From: Calditrichia bacterium
Lineage (GTDB): Bacteria > Calditrichota > Calditrichia > JAJRVZ01
Assembly (NCBI GenBank): GCA_963796965.1
Contig: CAWCNS010000005.1
Location: 960,001-1,024,000 of the forward strand
Direction of reading: 5' to 3'
DNA length: 64,000 nt
Shown: positions 9,453 through 20,320 of the stretch, in pieces
Layout: the number at the start of each line of letters is the position of its first letter
Numbering within the stretch: the first letter of the stretch is position 1
Position numbers and translations under genes: made by a program
Notes under the pieces: model-generated
The model's input: the letters and a program-made list of their open reading frames with translations, nothing else
Databases searched by the model: none
Told to the model about the DNA's origin: nothing

Positions 9453-11867
9453 TTAATTATTTCTCTTTTCCATTTTTAATAGCCGTAGCACTGGTAAATC
9501 ATCCTCGATAAAAGCCCGATGGAAACACGTAATTCTACCGTCTTCACCTCCAAGAAAAAGATCCAACCTTCCATCTCCGTCAAAATCAATCACCTCCGGT
9601 GAGGTGCTATGCTCGCTCGTTCGGGGAATGTCCTTTTTTATAATTTCACCCCGCCAGGTAAATTTTGGATTCGCTTCGAGCCCAATATTTTCAAACCATC
9701 CCCCATGCTTTGTCTTTTTTAGAAAAGACTTGGTTTCTCCAAAAAGTCCATGTGCATTATGAATTATATCCAGATCACCATCCCGATCCCAATCAGCCAT
9801 CGCAATCCGCGCACGACCAGATTTCCTTCCCGCCAATTCAGAAATTCGTATGGGATCCCCATCTTGATTTAAAAAGCAACGTAGACCTTTTTTTAACCAC
9901 TTTTCACCATTTTTCAGAAGCGACTGATAAAATGCCAGGAAGCCCTCATGGTCAAGTGCAACATAATCCACTAATCCATCCCTGTTCCAATCAATGACTG
10001 CCGGACGGCATCGGGGGAAAGTAACTAACTGTGTTGATTCCGGCTGCCACCAATTAAATTCTGGTTTCGGTGGCTTCTCAGTCCAGGCAACTTTTAATAG
10101 TTCTGCTTGTGCTAAAACGGGTTGATTTTTAGTTCCGGTATTTTTAAAAAAATGATGCTCTCCTTTAATATCAGATAAAAGTAAATCGAGGTCACCATCT
10201 TCATCCCAATCAGCAACTGTAGGCATTGTGTAACCGTATTTGGCTTCATCGGGTCCCTGAATTGATCCACTATTATAAGCAAGGATTCTTATTTCCTGGC
10301 CCCCTGCTTTCAATTTTTGACCTTTTGCATAAATAAATTTTATTGATGATGAACTTATATTTTCATGATATTCGACAAACCCGGATGAATTTCCGGAAAG
10401 TAAATCATAATCACCATCACTATCCCAATCACAGACTACCGGAACAGAAAGACATCCAAAATCTATATCCGGATCCTGTTGAAGTATAAATCTCTCAATG
10501 TCAAACTTTCCATTTCCAAGATTTTTTATCCATGTGGGACGGCCATCTTCGTTGCCCAATAAAATATCAACTTTCCTATCGCCATCCCAATCAACCAGTT
10601 TTGGTCGGACATAAATCCCAAAAGGATCCTGGTTGTTATTCGTTTTTATTAATCGACCTTTCTCAAACCCAGGTGGAGAACTAGTACCCACATTTTGAAA
10701 ATAAATGAGCTGAAAAGAATTTCCAGCCAGTAGATCTTGATCACCATCGCCATCCACATCTCCTGCAGAGATGGCAAGAGAGCCATATATTTCAATTGGC
10801 ATGCCACCGGCTTCTACCGGTAGGGGTTTATCGTAATCCGGCCTTATATTTGAACCGATGTTTTTATAAAAGACAATCGCGTTTCTCTCATTGCTTCCCA
10901 TCCACACACCCAAGGGTGAATAAGGCGGCTGGGTTGGATCCCAAACGGCATGAGACGGAAATAGATTGGGAGAAATTCTCTGGCTTGTAATCAAATCATC
11001 AACAGCATCACCATCCCAATCAAGAAATATGGCTTTTGCTGTAGCAGGGTGCGGCAATTCATCCAATCTGGAAAGTATGTAATTGCCCGGAGACTTATTC
11101 AGTTTAAATAGTTCCTTATCTAACAAAATTTCTAAGTGACCATCCTTATCCCAGTCAATGAGCTGGAACTCTTTTTTTATATCATATATTCTCTTTCCGG
11201 AATTTAACAGAGGGCTATGAGCTGAACCGATATTTTCATAATAATAGATTCCCTGTTTATCAGGTACGCCGCTAAAACCGACAAATAAGTCAACATCACC
11301 ATCCTTATCAAGGTCCGTCGCATCAATAATTTCGTTGTATCCACCACTAATAGGCGCCTGCACATTATGCTGACCATACGACAAAAAATCGCCATCACCA
11401 ATTATAGGGATTTCAGCCATCGATTTCTGCGGGCCAAAACCTTTTTTTGAAAAGTAGAGTGCAAAAGTTTTAGCCTGTTTTAGGTGAGTACGCCAACTGA
11501 TTTTAATTTTATTGGAGGAATGATCCACTTTTGAACGGGAGGGGATGTAATATTCTTCCTCTGATCTGGCCATTCTGTGTTTAATTGGTCTTTGGTTCTT
11601 ATCATATTGAACTACCCGGATACTGGCTAAATTTATCTCATCCAAATTTATTTTATATCGATCTTTAATGTCATCTTGATCGAGATCAAAGGAAAAAGGA
11701 AGGGTTGCATATTTCGGGTTCGATTTCCCGGCTGTTAGAATTATACGATATTGATTATCACCAACCCAGGTAATTTCAGAAGCCAAAGTATTCGAAATAA
11801 TTACAAAGATCAAAAAAAGGATCAGTATCAATCCAAATTTAGGAATAGGTTTTATTGTGTTATTCAT
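9453..11867 (-). CDS. Secreted FG-GAP/VCBS-repeat beta-propeller protein
   Basis: Many DWDxDGDxDLL repeats followed by YENxG motifs; signal peptide. Confidence 0.88.
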   Translation of the reverse strand: MNNTIKPIPKFGLILILFLIFVIISNTLASEITWVGDNQYRIILTAGKSNPKYATLPFSFDLDQDDIKDRYKINLDEINLASIRVVQYDKNQRPIKHRMARSEEEYYIPSRSKVDHSSNKIKISWRTHLKQAKTFALYFSKKGFGPQKSMAEIPIIGDGDFLSYGQHNVQAPISGGYNEIIDATDLDKDGDVDLFVGFSGVPDKQGIYYYENIGSAHSPLLNSGKRIYDIKKEFQLIDWDKDGHLEILLDKELFKLNKSPGNYILSRLDELPHPATAKAIFLDWDGDAVDDLITSQRISPNLFPSHAVWDPTQPPYSPLGVWMGSNERNAIVFYKNIGSNIRPDYDKPLPVEAGGMPIEIYGSLAISAGDVDGDGDQDLLAGNSFQLIYFQNVGTSSPPGFEKGRLIKTNNNQDPFGIYVRPKLVDWDGDRKVDILLGNEDGRPTWIKNLGNGKFDIERFILQQDPDIDFGCLSVPVVCDWDSDGDYDLLSGNSSGFVEYHENISSSSIKFIYAKGQKLKAGGQEIRILAYNSGSIQGPDEAKYGYTMPTVADWDEDGDLDLLLSDIKGEHHFFKNTGTKNQPVLAQAELLKVAWTEKPPKPEFNWWQPESTQLVTFPRCRPAVIDWNRDGLVDYVALDHEGFLAFYQSLLKNGEKWLKKGLRCFLNQDGDPIRISELAGRKSGRARIAMADWDRDGDLDIIHNAHGLFGETKSFLKKTKHGGWFENIGLEANPKFTWRGEIIKKDIPRTSEHSTSPEVIDFDGDGRLDLFLGGEDGRITCFHRAFIEDDLPVLRLLKMEKRNN

Positions 11868-11977
11868 CGGTCACTATCCACGAGTTTGATTGAGATACTA
11901 ATGAGGTAGAAAGGCTGATTATTAAAAGAAAGATAAGAACCGATTTGAATTCTCCTATTTTAATCAATAATTAAAAT

Positions 11978-14771
11978 TTATATTTTCGAAGCGAAGGCAT
12001 AACTACCTGATCCAATTTCAAATACGGCACAGCCTTTATCCATACGAATATATTTTACGCCAACAACTTCAATGGCTGGATGCCCCCCTTCTGATACATC
12101 AGTGAGTTTTTTGGCTGGAACATATACTGTTGCAGTTGTATTAGTTGGGACTTCAATGTCCATGCTGAATACACTTTCCTCCATTTCCCAATTACAGACA
12201 ACACGACCATACATGGAATTATGATAGCAATTAACCCAAGTCAAATCACCGACGATCTCCGGTTTAATTATGATTTTCTTAAACGCCGGGACTGCAGGAT
12301 CAAGACGAATACCGCCTAATCCCTGGTAGAACCAGCTGCCCGGACTTGCAAAACAAGAATGAATCTGGGACCAGTATCCATTCCATTGTTCCCAGAATGT
12401 GGTCGCCCCCCGGGAAATCATGTAACCCCAGCTGGGATATGTCTTCTGGCTGTATATCCCGTAAAGGAGATCACTTCGGCCGGCTTCATGCAAATATTGT
12501 ATCAGAAAGTAAGTACCCAGCATACCGGTGTCGAGGTGTCCGCTGTTTTTTACCAGGATTAAATCTTCTAACTTTGTTTGTACAGTTTCACGCAATGATT
12601 CCGGCACAATACCAGTCATGAGCGGCATGACCTGGTAAACTTGTTCATCGAGGCCGTACTGATTATTCTTCACATTATAAAAAGTCTCATGAATAGCAGG
12701 CCTGATACTATCGAGCAATGCAGCATATTGATCAGCATCGGATATTTTTCCCAGGGCTCGAGCCGCACCTTCCATTATCTGCCACAAATACAGCCGGTAC
12801 CCGTTGTTAAATATCTCACATGCGAGAGTTTCCGGCCAGTTCCCGCTGTCCATTCCCCGACGGGGCGGTACCCAGTCTCCGAGAAACTGTTCTCTGCCCA
12901 ATGTTTCCTGTCTGAGGATATTATCCGTACTCTTACTTTCAAGAAATTGAGCGTATTTCAGCATAAAATCATATGCCTGCTCGAGCAGACGGGTATCACC
13001 GTAATAAAGATACATCTTCCATGGCAAAACACTTCCGAGACCTCCCCAACCCGGACCTCCCCAGGATTCCACAAAATGTGGAGATGTATGGGGAAACTGA
13101 CCGGTTTTAGAGTCCTGGTCAACCATCCAATCATTAGCCCACTTAGTGTAGAACGAGGCAGCATTCCGGTTCATAATCTGTGTTTCAATTGAAGTCTGGC
13201 CATCTCCATACCCCATCCTCTCCCGATGGGGACAATCAGCCATTTGTCCTCCCAGGTTAAGGCAGCGAATCGTCCAGGTGTTTACTTCGTGTATACGGTT
13301 AAAAAGTTCCTTAGAGCAGGCAAAAGAACCAGCAGGCTCCAGATCAGTTTCAATAAGAAGCGCTTCTGCATCGTTTGTTCCCGGGGCACTCGCCAAGCCT
13401 TGGACAATGACGTAGCGAAATCCATGATAATTAAATTTTGAACAGAACTGCTCATTAGTTTTTCCTGCAGAAATAAATTCATCGATTTGCTTGTATGTCT
13501 GGTAAGTAACCTGTCCATTGGGAGTATCAACAGTCCATTGTGAATTCGGCTTAATAAAACCGGCAGGTGTATTTTCACCGTTAGGATCATCAAACCGTCT
13601 ATCTGAATAACGCAAGGTAACTTTTTGTCCGGAAACCAAGGCTGCCAGATTCAATCGTACCCAGCCAGTAAGATTCATCCCAAAATCCAATTCCCAGGTA
13701 TCCGAACCCAGATCTGTCACCGCCTTCAGCGGAATCACCTCACCGATACGGTTGGCTGGACAAGACTGTGCGACTACCTTTCCTGAAGGTGTAGAAACTT
13801 CTACTACCGGCAGAAACAATTCCTCAGGACCGTCTACTTCGCTCCACTTATCTATAGCACGTCTGGCATCGATGCACTCTCCCCCCATATTATTCCAGCT
13901 CCAGGTTCCAAGGCGGCTGTGAGAGCTGGGGGCACAGGTCCAATTACTGTCTGTGCCGATCAGTAGATTCTGACCACCGGCAGATACTTCAAACTGTGCG
14001 CGGACGAGAGGGATGGTGTTCTCCCAAGATTGGCTTCGGGTCCACCCTTGACCAAGCCAGATTCCGACACAATTGTTTCCAGACTCTATAAATGAACTAA
14101 TGTCGTAAGTCCTGTAGAACAAATGTTTATCAATACCAGTGACAGCTGGAGTAAGCACATCATCTCCTACTTTCTTTCCATTCACATAGAGCTCGTAGTA
14201 ACCCCGCACGTTCACATAAGCCACAGTCTGACTCAGGCGAGGCTTTCAATGTAAAGGTGCGACGAATATAAACTGCATCAGTGGAATCGGGAATGGGTAC
14301 ACTGGAACCTGGCAGCTGGACTACTTCGGTACTGATCCACTTTGCCTGCCAATCCGAAACATTAAGGAGGCCCATTGTCCACAGGGCCGTTTCACTCCAT
14401 GCAGAAGCTACACCGTCTTTATCCCAAACCATGACTTTCCAGTAACACCGCGATCGGGATTGAAGTGTTTTACCTTGATAAACTACATGAATGGACTGAT
14501 CTGATTCTATCTTGTCTGTGTCCCAAAGATCACCAATGTCTTTTGCAAGATTTTCACGAGAACTAGCAACGAGCACGCGATAAGCGGTTTGTATCTGACC
14601 GCGCTGCTTAGATTCAAGTTGCCAGCTCAAACGCGGCAAGTCAATATCAATACCCATTGGGTTTATCAGGTACTCACATCGCAAATCAGAAACCTTTATC
14701 TCCAAACCCGCAGATAAGCTACCATACAGGCACCCAAGGGCCACTATAATCATGATTGATAATAACTTCAT
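11978..14771 (-). CDS. Alpha-L-rhamnosidase, GH78; frameshift near 14225
   Basis: LRCEYLINPMGID..PRLSW, DFGMNLTGW, DCPHRERMGY, GATTFWEQWNG, H..F; two overlapping ORFs. Confidence 0.9.
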
Positions 14772-14948
14772 GGTTACCTCAATTAGGTTATACAACCAAA
14801 TTCAAATTTCCTGATTGACATAACTTTGTATCGTTTGACTATATATCTATTCTTTTTTTTAAACAAGAAAATCCCGACAAAACCGGGATCCAAAAGACGG
14901 ACAGGATTTACAGGATTTCATCATTAATAGGTCTCATTTTATAGATCG

Positions 14949-16049
14949 TTATCTTGTAAAATTCTCCCTTTTATAATGATAGGACTCCCCCCAAGTCATC
15001 AAAATCAGAGGCGTATCGTAACCAACATTGAGACTTCCCCCAAATCTGTCTGATCCGATTTTCCTCTGATAGGTCAGCCAGTAGGGTTCACGATGATCAA
15101 TCGTATGTCCCATCTCATTCTCATGTCCAGTAATAATTAATGCCGGATTAAAGCCTTTTGCAACCCTGACGATATCTCTTGTCCAACAATTGGGCATAAG
15201 CACATCCACAACATGATGATTACCGACCTCATCGATCCATTCAAAGTCCTCGTTATTATATTGATCACCCATTTGTGAGAATGAAAGCCCCCCGGGAGTG
15301 ATAACAAGTACAACATTATTCTCAATCTCTTCCCCCTGATGACCCGGATATACGATTACTTTTAAATCCTGTTGCCCGCCTTGAATAGAAAGTGTCTGTT
15401 CGGTATGCGGCTCTCTTTTCAAGTGTGTAATATGTGCATAAATAGACTTATCTTTCCATACCTCGGGAGGAGCGACAACCGGCTTGCCCTGATCAATAAA
15501 TGATTGCGCGACCCATTCTTCTGCATGATCACCATGCCTATGGCTAATAAAAAGGACATCACATTGATCAATAAGCCTGCGCATCTCATCATTTCCCATG
15601 GAAAATTCCTCAACACGTACCGATTTTCCGCTTACCAGATCAAATCCTATTGTCACAGATTTGGTTCGAATTAAGAATCCATGATTATATAATTTCCATA
15701 TACGGGCACCATATATTATTTTTGTCTTCTCAATTTCATCAATAGCCTTCTTTATAAGCGTTTTAAAAAAATTTTGCACAGGAGGTCTTTGTGGCGCATA
15801 TACATCATGCAAGACACCATCCAAGAGTAAAAGTGCACTCCGTCTGGCTGCTGGTTCCGGCCAGCCGGGAGGGTAATCAGAAAATACTTATTTGTCTGAT
15901 AAAGCAGCGCTTCCGCCTGATTATTGAGGAATATGTTCTGTGTTTCGTTAAGTGCCGGATCGATCAGATCGGGTTAGCGATTGGTTTTGCTGCGCATACC
16001 CAACTGTCATTAATAACAGAGAACAAACTATAACTAAATTTTTTTTCAT
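14949..16049 (-). CDS. Exported MBL-fold metallo-hydrolase; 5' part frameshifted
   Basis: LYNHGF, ISHRHGDH, MGDQ, GHENEMGH; signal peptide MKKNLVIVCSLLL from ATG at 16049 in another frame. Confidence 0.8.
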
Positions 16050-16112
16050 TGATAGACCACCTTGAATTCTAATAATCAATAAATTTCCATCCAACCTATG
16101 ATAAAATCAATT

Positions 16113-17342
16113 TTAATCCCCAATGGTAATATTATAAGGCATTTCGTCTTTATCTATACAGCCCATGGCTTGAATTACAGCATTCTTATTTAAAATAGTG
16201 AAGGGCTGTTTTGAAGCATAGTTTCTCATTCTGCTCCCAAAAATGCTTATCGTCAGCCTTTTATCTCCTCTCACTGTCATGAAATCCCACGATTCTCCCA
16301 GATTGGAAATAGCACCGTTATCTCCGGAGAACGACTCGACATTCGTAAGTGAAGTATGTCCCTGCCCTTCAATTACAATCGGATGAATATCCTCCAGTTT
16401 TTCTCCAGTGTTAGCAATAATAGATCCCTGGGAAATCATCCAGTTTCTGTTTTTGGTATTATTTCCTGATTTGTATATGCCAATGGTTACACAATCGAGA
16501 TTGAAATTAGTCAATTGCCCATAAGATTCCGGTCCAAGAAAAATTCCGCCGTAGGTTCCGAAAGTAAAAATATCAATCATCTGAGCATTGTCCGTATGAT
16601 TAATACGATAGGCAAAACTTTTCTTTGCCACCACCGCATCCACAACTTCTTTTTTAAATTGACCTTTTATTTGTCTTTGAACTGCAGGATTTACATGGCA
16701 ATTCAGAATTCTTGGAATATCATAGCAATAATCTATTCGTATAAACTCACCACTTAGTGGATATCCATAACAATGCTGGATGAGAATCAATTCACAGGCA
16801 TTTTGTCTTGTCCCATTAAAATCCATTGCCAAATATTCACCATAAAAAGTCAAATTCATTAAGGTGACACCTTCTGTTTTATGTGTTTTTGATACCTGGA
16901 TAGTCGGCGGATAGGCAATGATTTTCTGCGGATCATTAATAGTCTGATCAGGATACCAAAATTGTATACCCTTGATCTGGGTGCTGCTCTCAACGCTAAT
17001 GAATACATTTTCTTTGTCAGTTATGGAGAACACACTTCCTACCGGGTGGTTAGATTTTGGATGTTTGGTACCTCTGGGAACCGGACCATGAACACCGATC
17101 AATGATACATTTTTCTTTAAGACGAGACCTCCTGCAATTTGATAGGGCTTTTCAGTAGGCTCCACGAAGAGGGCTGCCCCGGATGAAGCCGCCCAGTCGA
17201 TGGCTTTTTGAAGATTTATCTTATTCGTTTGTGGATCGTTCTCGGACAATACATCAAATTTCTGGATACTTGTTCCCGCATATTGGGAGAAGGAATGGGA
17301 GCAGGTCAGTAATAGAACAACAAGGATTTTTAGAAATTTCAT
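16113..17342 (-). CDS. Secreted right-handed beta-helix (pectate-lyase-like) protein
   Basis: LQKAIDWAA..GAALFV..LVLKKNVSLIG N-terminal motif; signal peptide. Confidence 0.65.
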   Translation of the reverse strand: MKFLKILVVLLLTCSHSFSQYAGTSIQKFDVLSENDPQTNKINLQKAIDWAASSGAALFVEPTEKPYQIAGGLVLKKNVSLIGVHGPVPRGTKHPKSNHPVGSVFSITDKENVFISVESSTQIKGIQFWYPDQTINDPQKIIAYPPTIQVSKTHKTEGVTLMNLTFYGEYLAMDFNGTRQNACELILIQHCYGYPLSGEFIRIDYCYDIPRILNCHVNPAVQRQIKGQFKKEVVDAVVAKKSFAYRINHTDNAQMIDIFTFGTYGGIFLGPESYGQLTNFNLDCVTIGIYKSGNNTKNRNWMISQGSIIANTGEKLEDIHPIVIEGQGHTSLTNVESFSGDNGAISNLGESWDFMTVRGDKRLTISIFGSRMRNYASKQPFTILNKNAVIQAMGCIDKDEMPYNITIGD

Positions 17343-17385
17343 ATTATAAAACCTTTATTTACTAATATACTTACAAAATTTATGG

Positions 17386-17720
17386 TCAAAAGGCTTCCTC
17401 AATGCCGAAATAAACTCCACTCGTCCCAGGACCAAGACCTAAATACATGCGCAGATTTATTTTTGTTCTTCGTTGAACAAGAACCGGAGACCGGCCCCAT
17501 AACTGGTTTTCCGGTACCTGAGTGGGGAGACCGGAAAAAATCTCTAACTTACGTCCCATCGCTTCCGCTCTCTCTATAATTTCCTGCTGAATCGGAATTA
17601 CGATAGGAAAGTCATTTTTAGCAGATTTCATATCAAGCCAGACTAACTCGATTGTCGTCTCTTCTAAAAGATATTCCAGGGCCTCACGAAGGGAAGGTAT
17701 TTTCTCTCCATTGAATTAGG
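17386..17720 (-). pseudogene. Glycerophosphodiester phosphodiesterase-like remnant
   Basis: Minus-strand translation NGEKIPSLREALEYLLEETTIELVWLDMK; upstream frame has stops. Confidence 0.5.
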
Positions 17721-18209
17721 GTAAGTTTCTTTTAAATCAAGGTAAATCGCCTGATTCAATTTTTCTCTATTTATCTTCTTTAAAATAATGATCCACTCAG
17801 GATCCTCAATACAATTTACACATTTTTAGATTGACATATAGTTAAAAGTCCCTTAGATTCACTGAAAAACGGGCAATAAAATTAATGAATCAACCCATCT
17901 TAAAAAACACCCTCACTGATAGTTACAAGCATCTTTTTGAGTGTTGGATTTATTGAACCTCACTCCTCTCTTTGTTTAATCCCTAATTGATACCAAAAAC
18001 CACCACGCCAGTAGGCGGGTAAGCAGAAACCTCATAGAAAGACTCTGTAATTTTAAAGATTGATTACCTTTTAAAGTTATTTGACTTTTAAACTGAAATG
18101 TGTCTTAATGAGATCAAATAATGAGATTACTAATACAAATACAATCAGAGGATAAATAATAAATTCTATTAACTTTTTGGTAATAATCAATTTCTCCAAA
18201 ATCTTCGAA

Positions 18210-20297
18210 TCAAAATATGTATCTGTTATGTAAATTTTGTATACCTTTTGGACTACCTAGTATTGTCAATCTATCTAGTTCTTCAAGTACAGTTCGTCCT
18301 TCTGGTATAAGTATTTCCCCATTTCGATGAATCAGAGCAATTAAACTTCCTTCCGGTAAGTCTAAATCTTTTACCTCGTGTCCAATAAGTGATGTGGTTT
18401 TAGAATTTGATTCCAGGAATATTGATAAATATCGGTCTTCCCGCAACAGTAGCTCTTTTATCTCCTGCTCATTTTTTGCTGAACGCCAGTTTCCAATAAA
18501 ATTTTCATCATCCACATTGCTGGCTATATGAGCTAATGTACGCAGGTGTTGTCCGGGATTTATCACCGGGCTAGCTAAGAAGAAAAAAGCAAATATTTCA
18601 TCATTCGTAATTCGCTTACCTGTTAATTCGCTTTTTGGATCAAGGTATACACCGGTACTACAACGGACCATAACCAATTCTGGGTGTCTTATATCAGGCA
18701 AACGCAGATGTGGTAATGCCGCACCATGAGCAACCGGAGTTGCTCCCACCACAGTTCCTTCCATAAAAGTTTTTTCTAAGATACTTCTCTCTAAGGATAA
18801 TTTTTTTGATAAATAATCCGATGCTCTTCTCAGGATCTCATCATATGAAGCATCTTTATGTATATCAATAAATCCAGCCCTGGCGACAACTGCATCAAAT
18901 GGATCTTGATCATGCAATCCTCTCTCTTTTAGGTGGCTTCTTAGTTCCGTATCCAGACCACTATAACGACGTCGGCCAAGTCTGGCAAAAATGTGATAGA
19001 TAGCCCCATCTCTGACTACTTTATTACGCGCATAATAAAAATACCAGAATATTCCCAATCCAATCATCGCCAGTGTAAATATAACGGAGAACCAACCCAT
19101 TTCTATGATCAACCAGCAAGGTGCTAACATACCAAACACTTGCATCCAGGGATAGAGTGGAGAACGATATCCGGGATCATAAGATTTTATACGGCTTTCT
19201 CTCAATATTATTACCGCCAAAGATACGAGTGAAAAAAGAAGTAACTGGAAAGCACCTGCAAGCTTCGCTATCTTTGTAGGATCGAAAAGAACTAAGACCA
19301 GAAGAATTAGAGTGACGGTTAATACAATGGAGTATTTTGGTGTTTTGTTTTTACTAAAAGACTGTAAAAACTTAGGTAAAAGATGATCCCGACTCATTGC
19401 AAGAGGATACCGTGAACTACTTAAAATCCCAGCATTGGCCACAGAGAAAAATGCAAAAATAGCGGCGATTGTCATCAAAATTGCCCCAAATCTCCCTATC
19501 ATTAGATCAGCAGTCATTGCTACAGGTGTAAGACTGTTTTGTAGTTTTTCTGCTGGTACAACGCCTATCATAACCAATGTTCCAATCGTATAGACCACCA
19601 TAACCGTGCCGAATGCAAGGAACATTGCACGTGGAATATTCTTTTCCGGTTTTATAACTTCTTCAGATACACTGGCAATTTTTGTAAGTCCTATATAACT
19701 TACATATACGAGACCAGCAGTAGAAAATATTGACTTTAATTCTCCATCAAATAGTCTTGAGTAATTATGTCTTTCTATATAAAATAATCCTGTTCCTGAG
19801 AACCAGACTAACAGTAACAGAAGCCCAACAACTAAAATACCCTGAAATGCACCAGATTTTTTCGCTCCAAGGAGGTTTAAAATTCCAAATAAAATAGCAA
19901 AACCCGCAGCAAAAGGTATAATTTGAATTTCAGGTAGAAATAAACTCGCATACGCTCCAATACCAACAAGAGCAAAAGCTGTTTTTAATATAAGAGCCAG
20001 CCAGGTTCCTAATCCTCCAATGGTTCCCAGTAAAGGTCCCATGCTGCGATCTAAAAAGAAATATACACCTCCGGCACGCGGCATGGCTGTTGAGAGCTCA
20101 GCCATGCTGAATAAAGCGGGAATAACAGGAATTGCTGCAATAATATAACTAAAAACCATTGCTTGCCCTGCCTGACCAAACGCAAGCCCTGGTAAAAGAA
20201 AAAAGCCCGAAGCAATTGTAGCCCCAGTGGCTATTGTATAAACATTAAAAAGTGATAATTCTTTTTTCATGCGCTTCGAATTATCTAGAAGTGCCAT
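18210..20297 (-). CDS. APC-superfamily amino acid permease fused to PTS EIIA-2-like and RCK_C (TrkA-C) domains
   Basis: GATIASGFFLLPG, ELSTAMPRAGG, SEEVIKPEKNIP; TPVAHGAALPHLR (EIIA His motif); LDLPEGSLIALIHRNGEILIPEGRTVLEELDRLTILG (RCK_C). Confidence 0.88.
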   Translation of the reverse strand: MALLDNSKRMKKELSLFNVYTIATGATIASGFFLLPGLAFGQAGQAMVFSYIIAAIPVIPALFSMAELSTAMPRAGGVYFFLDRSMGPLLGTIGGLGTWLALILKTAFALVGIGAYASLFLPEIQIIPFAAGFAILFGILNLLGAKKSGAFQGILVVGLLLLLVWFSGTGLFYIERHNYSRLFDGELKSIFSTAGLVYVSYIGLTKIASVSEEVIKPEKNIPRAMFLAFGTVMVVYTIGTLVMIGVVPAEKLQNSLTPVAMTADLMIGRFGAILMTIAAIFAFFSVANAGILSSSRYPLAMSRDHLLPKFLQSFSKNKTPKYSIVLTVTLILLVLVLFDPTKIAKLAGAFQLLLFSLVSLAVIILRESRIKSYDPGYRSPLYPWMQVFGMLAPCWLIIEMGWFSVIFTLAMIGLGIFWYFYYARNKVVRDGAIYHIFARLGRRRYSGLDTELRSHLKERGLHDQDPFDAVVARAGFIDIHKDASYDEILRRASDYLSKKLSLERSILEKTFMEGTVVGATPVAHGAALPHLRLPDIRHPELVMVRCSTGVYLDPKSELTGKRITNDEIFAFFFLASPVINPGQHLRTLAHIASNVDDENFIGNWRSAKNEQEIKELLLREDRYLSIFLESNSKTTSLIGHEVKDLDLPEGSLIALIHRNGEILIPEGRTVLEELDRLTILGSPKGIQNLHNRYIF

Positions 20298-20320
20298 TCA
20301 AACCTCGGTTATTATCGTTA

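Noticed and set aside
12346..13593. Antisense and alternate-frame ORFs over GH78 and other long genes
   Set aside because: Shadows of well-supported genes with no motifs of their own
7775..14230. Programmed frameshifting or stop-codon recoding in split genes
   Set aside because: No shared slippery motif; breaks are frame changes across unrelated genes
17995..18050. GC-rich hairpin cgcc-agta-ggcg downstream of the permease
   Set aside because: Short and matches no RNA family I recognise; may be a weak terminator
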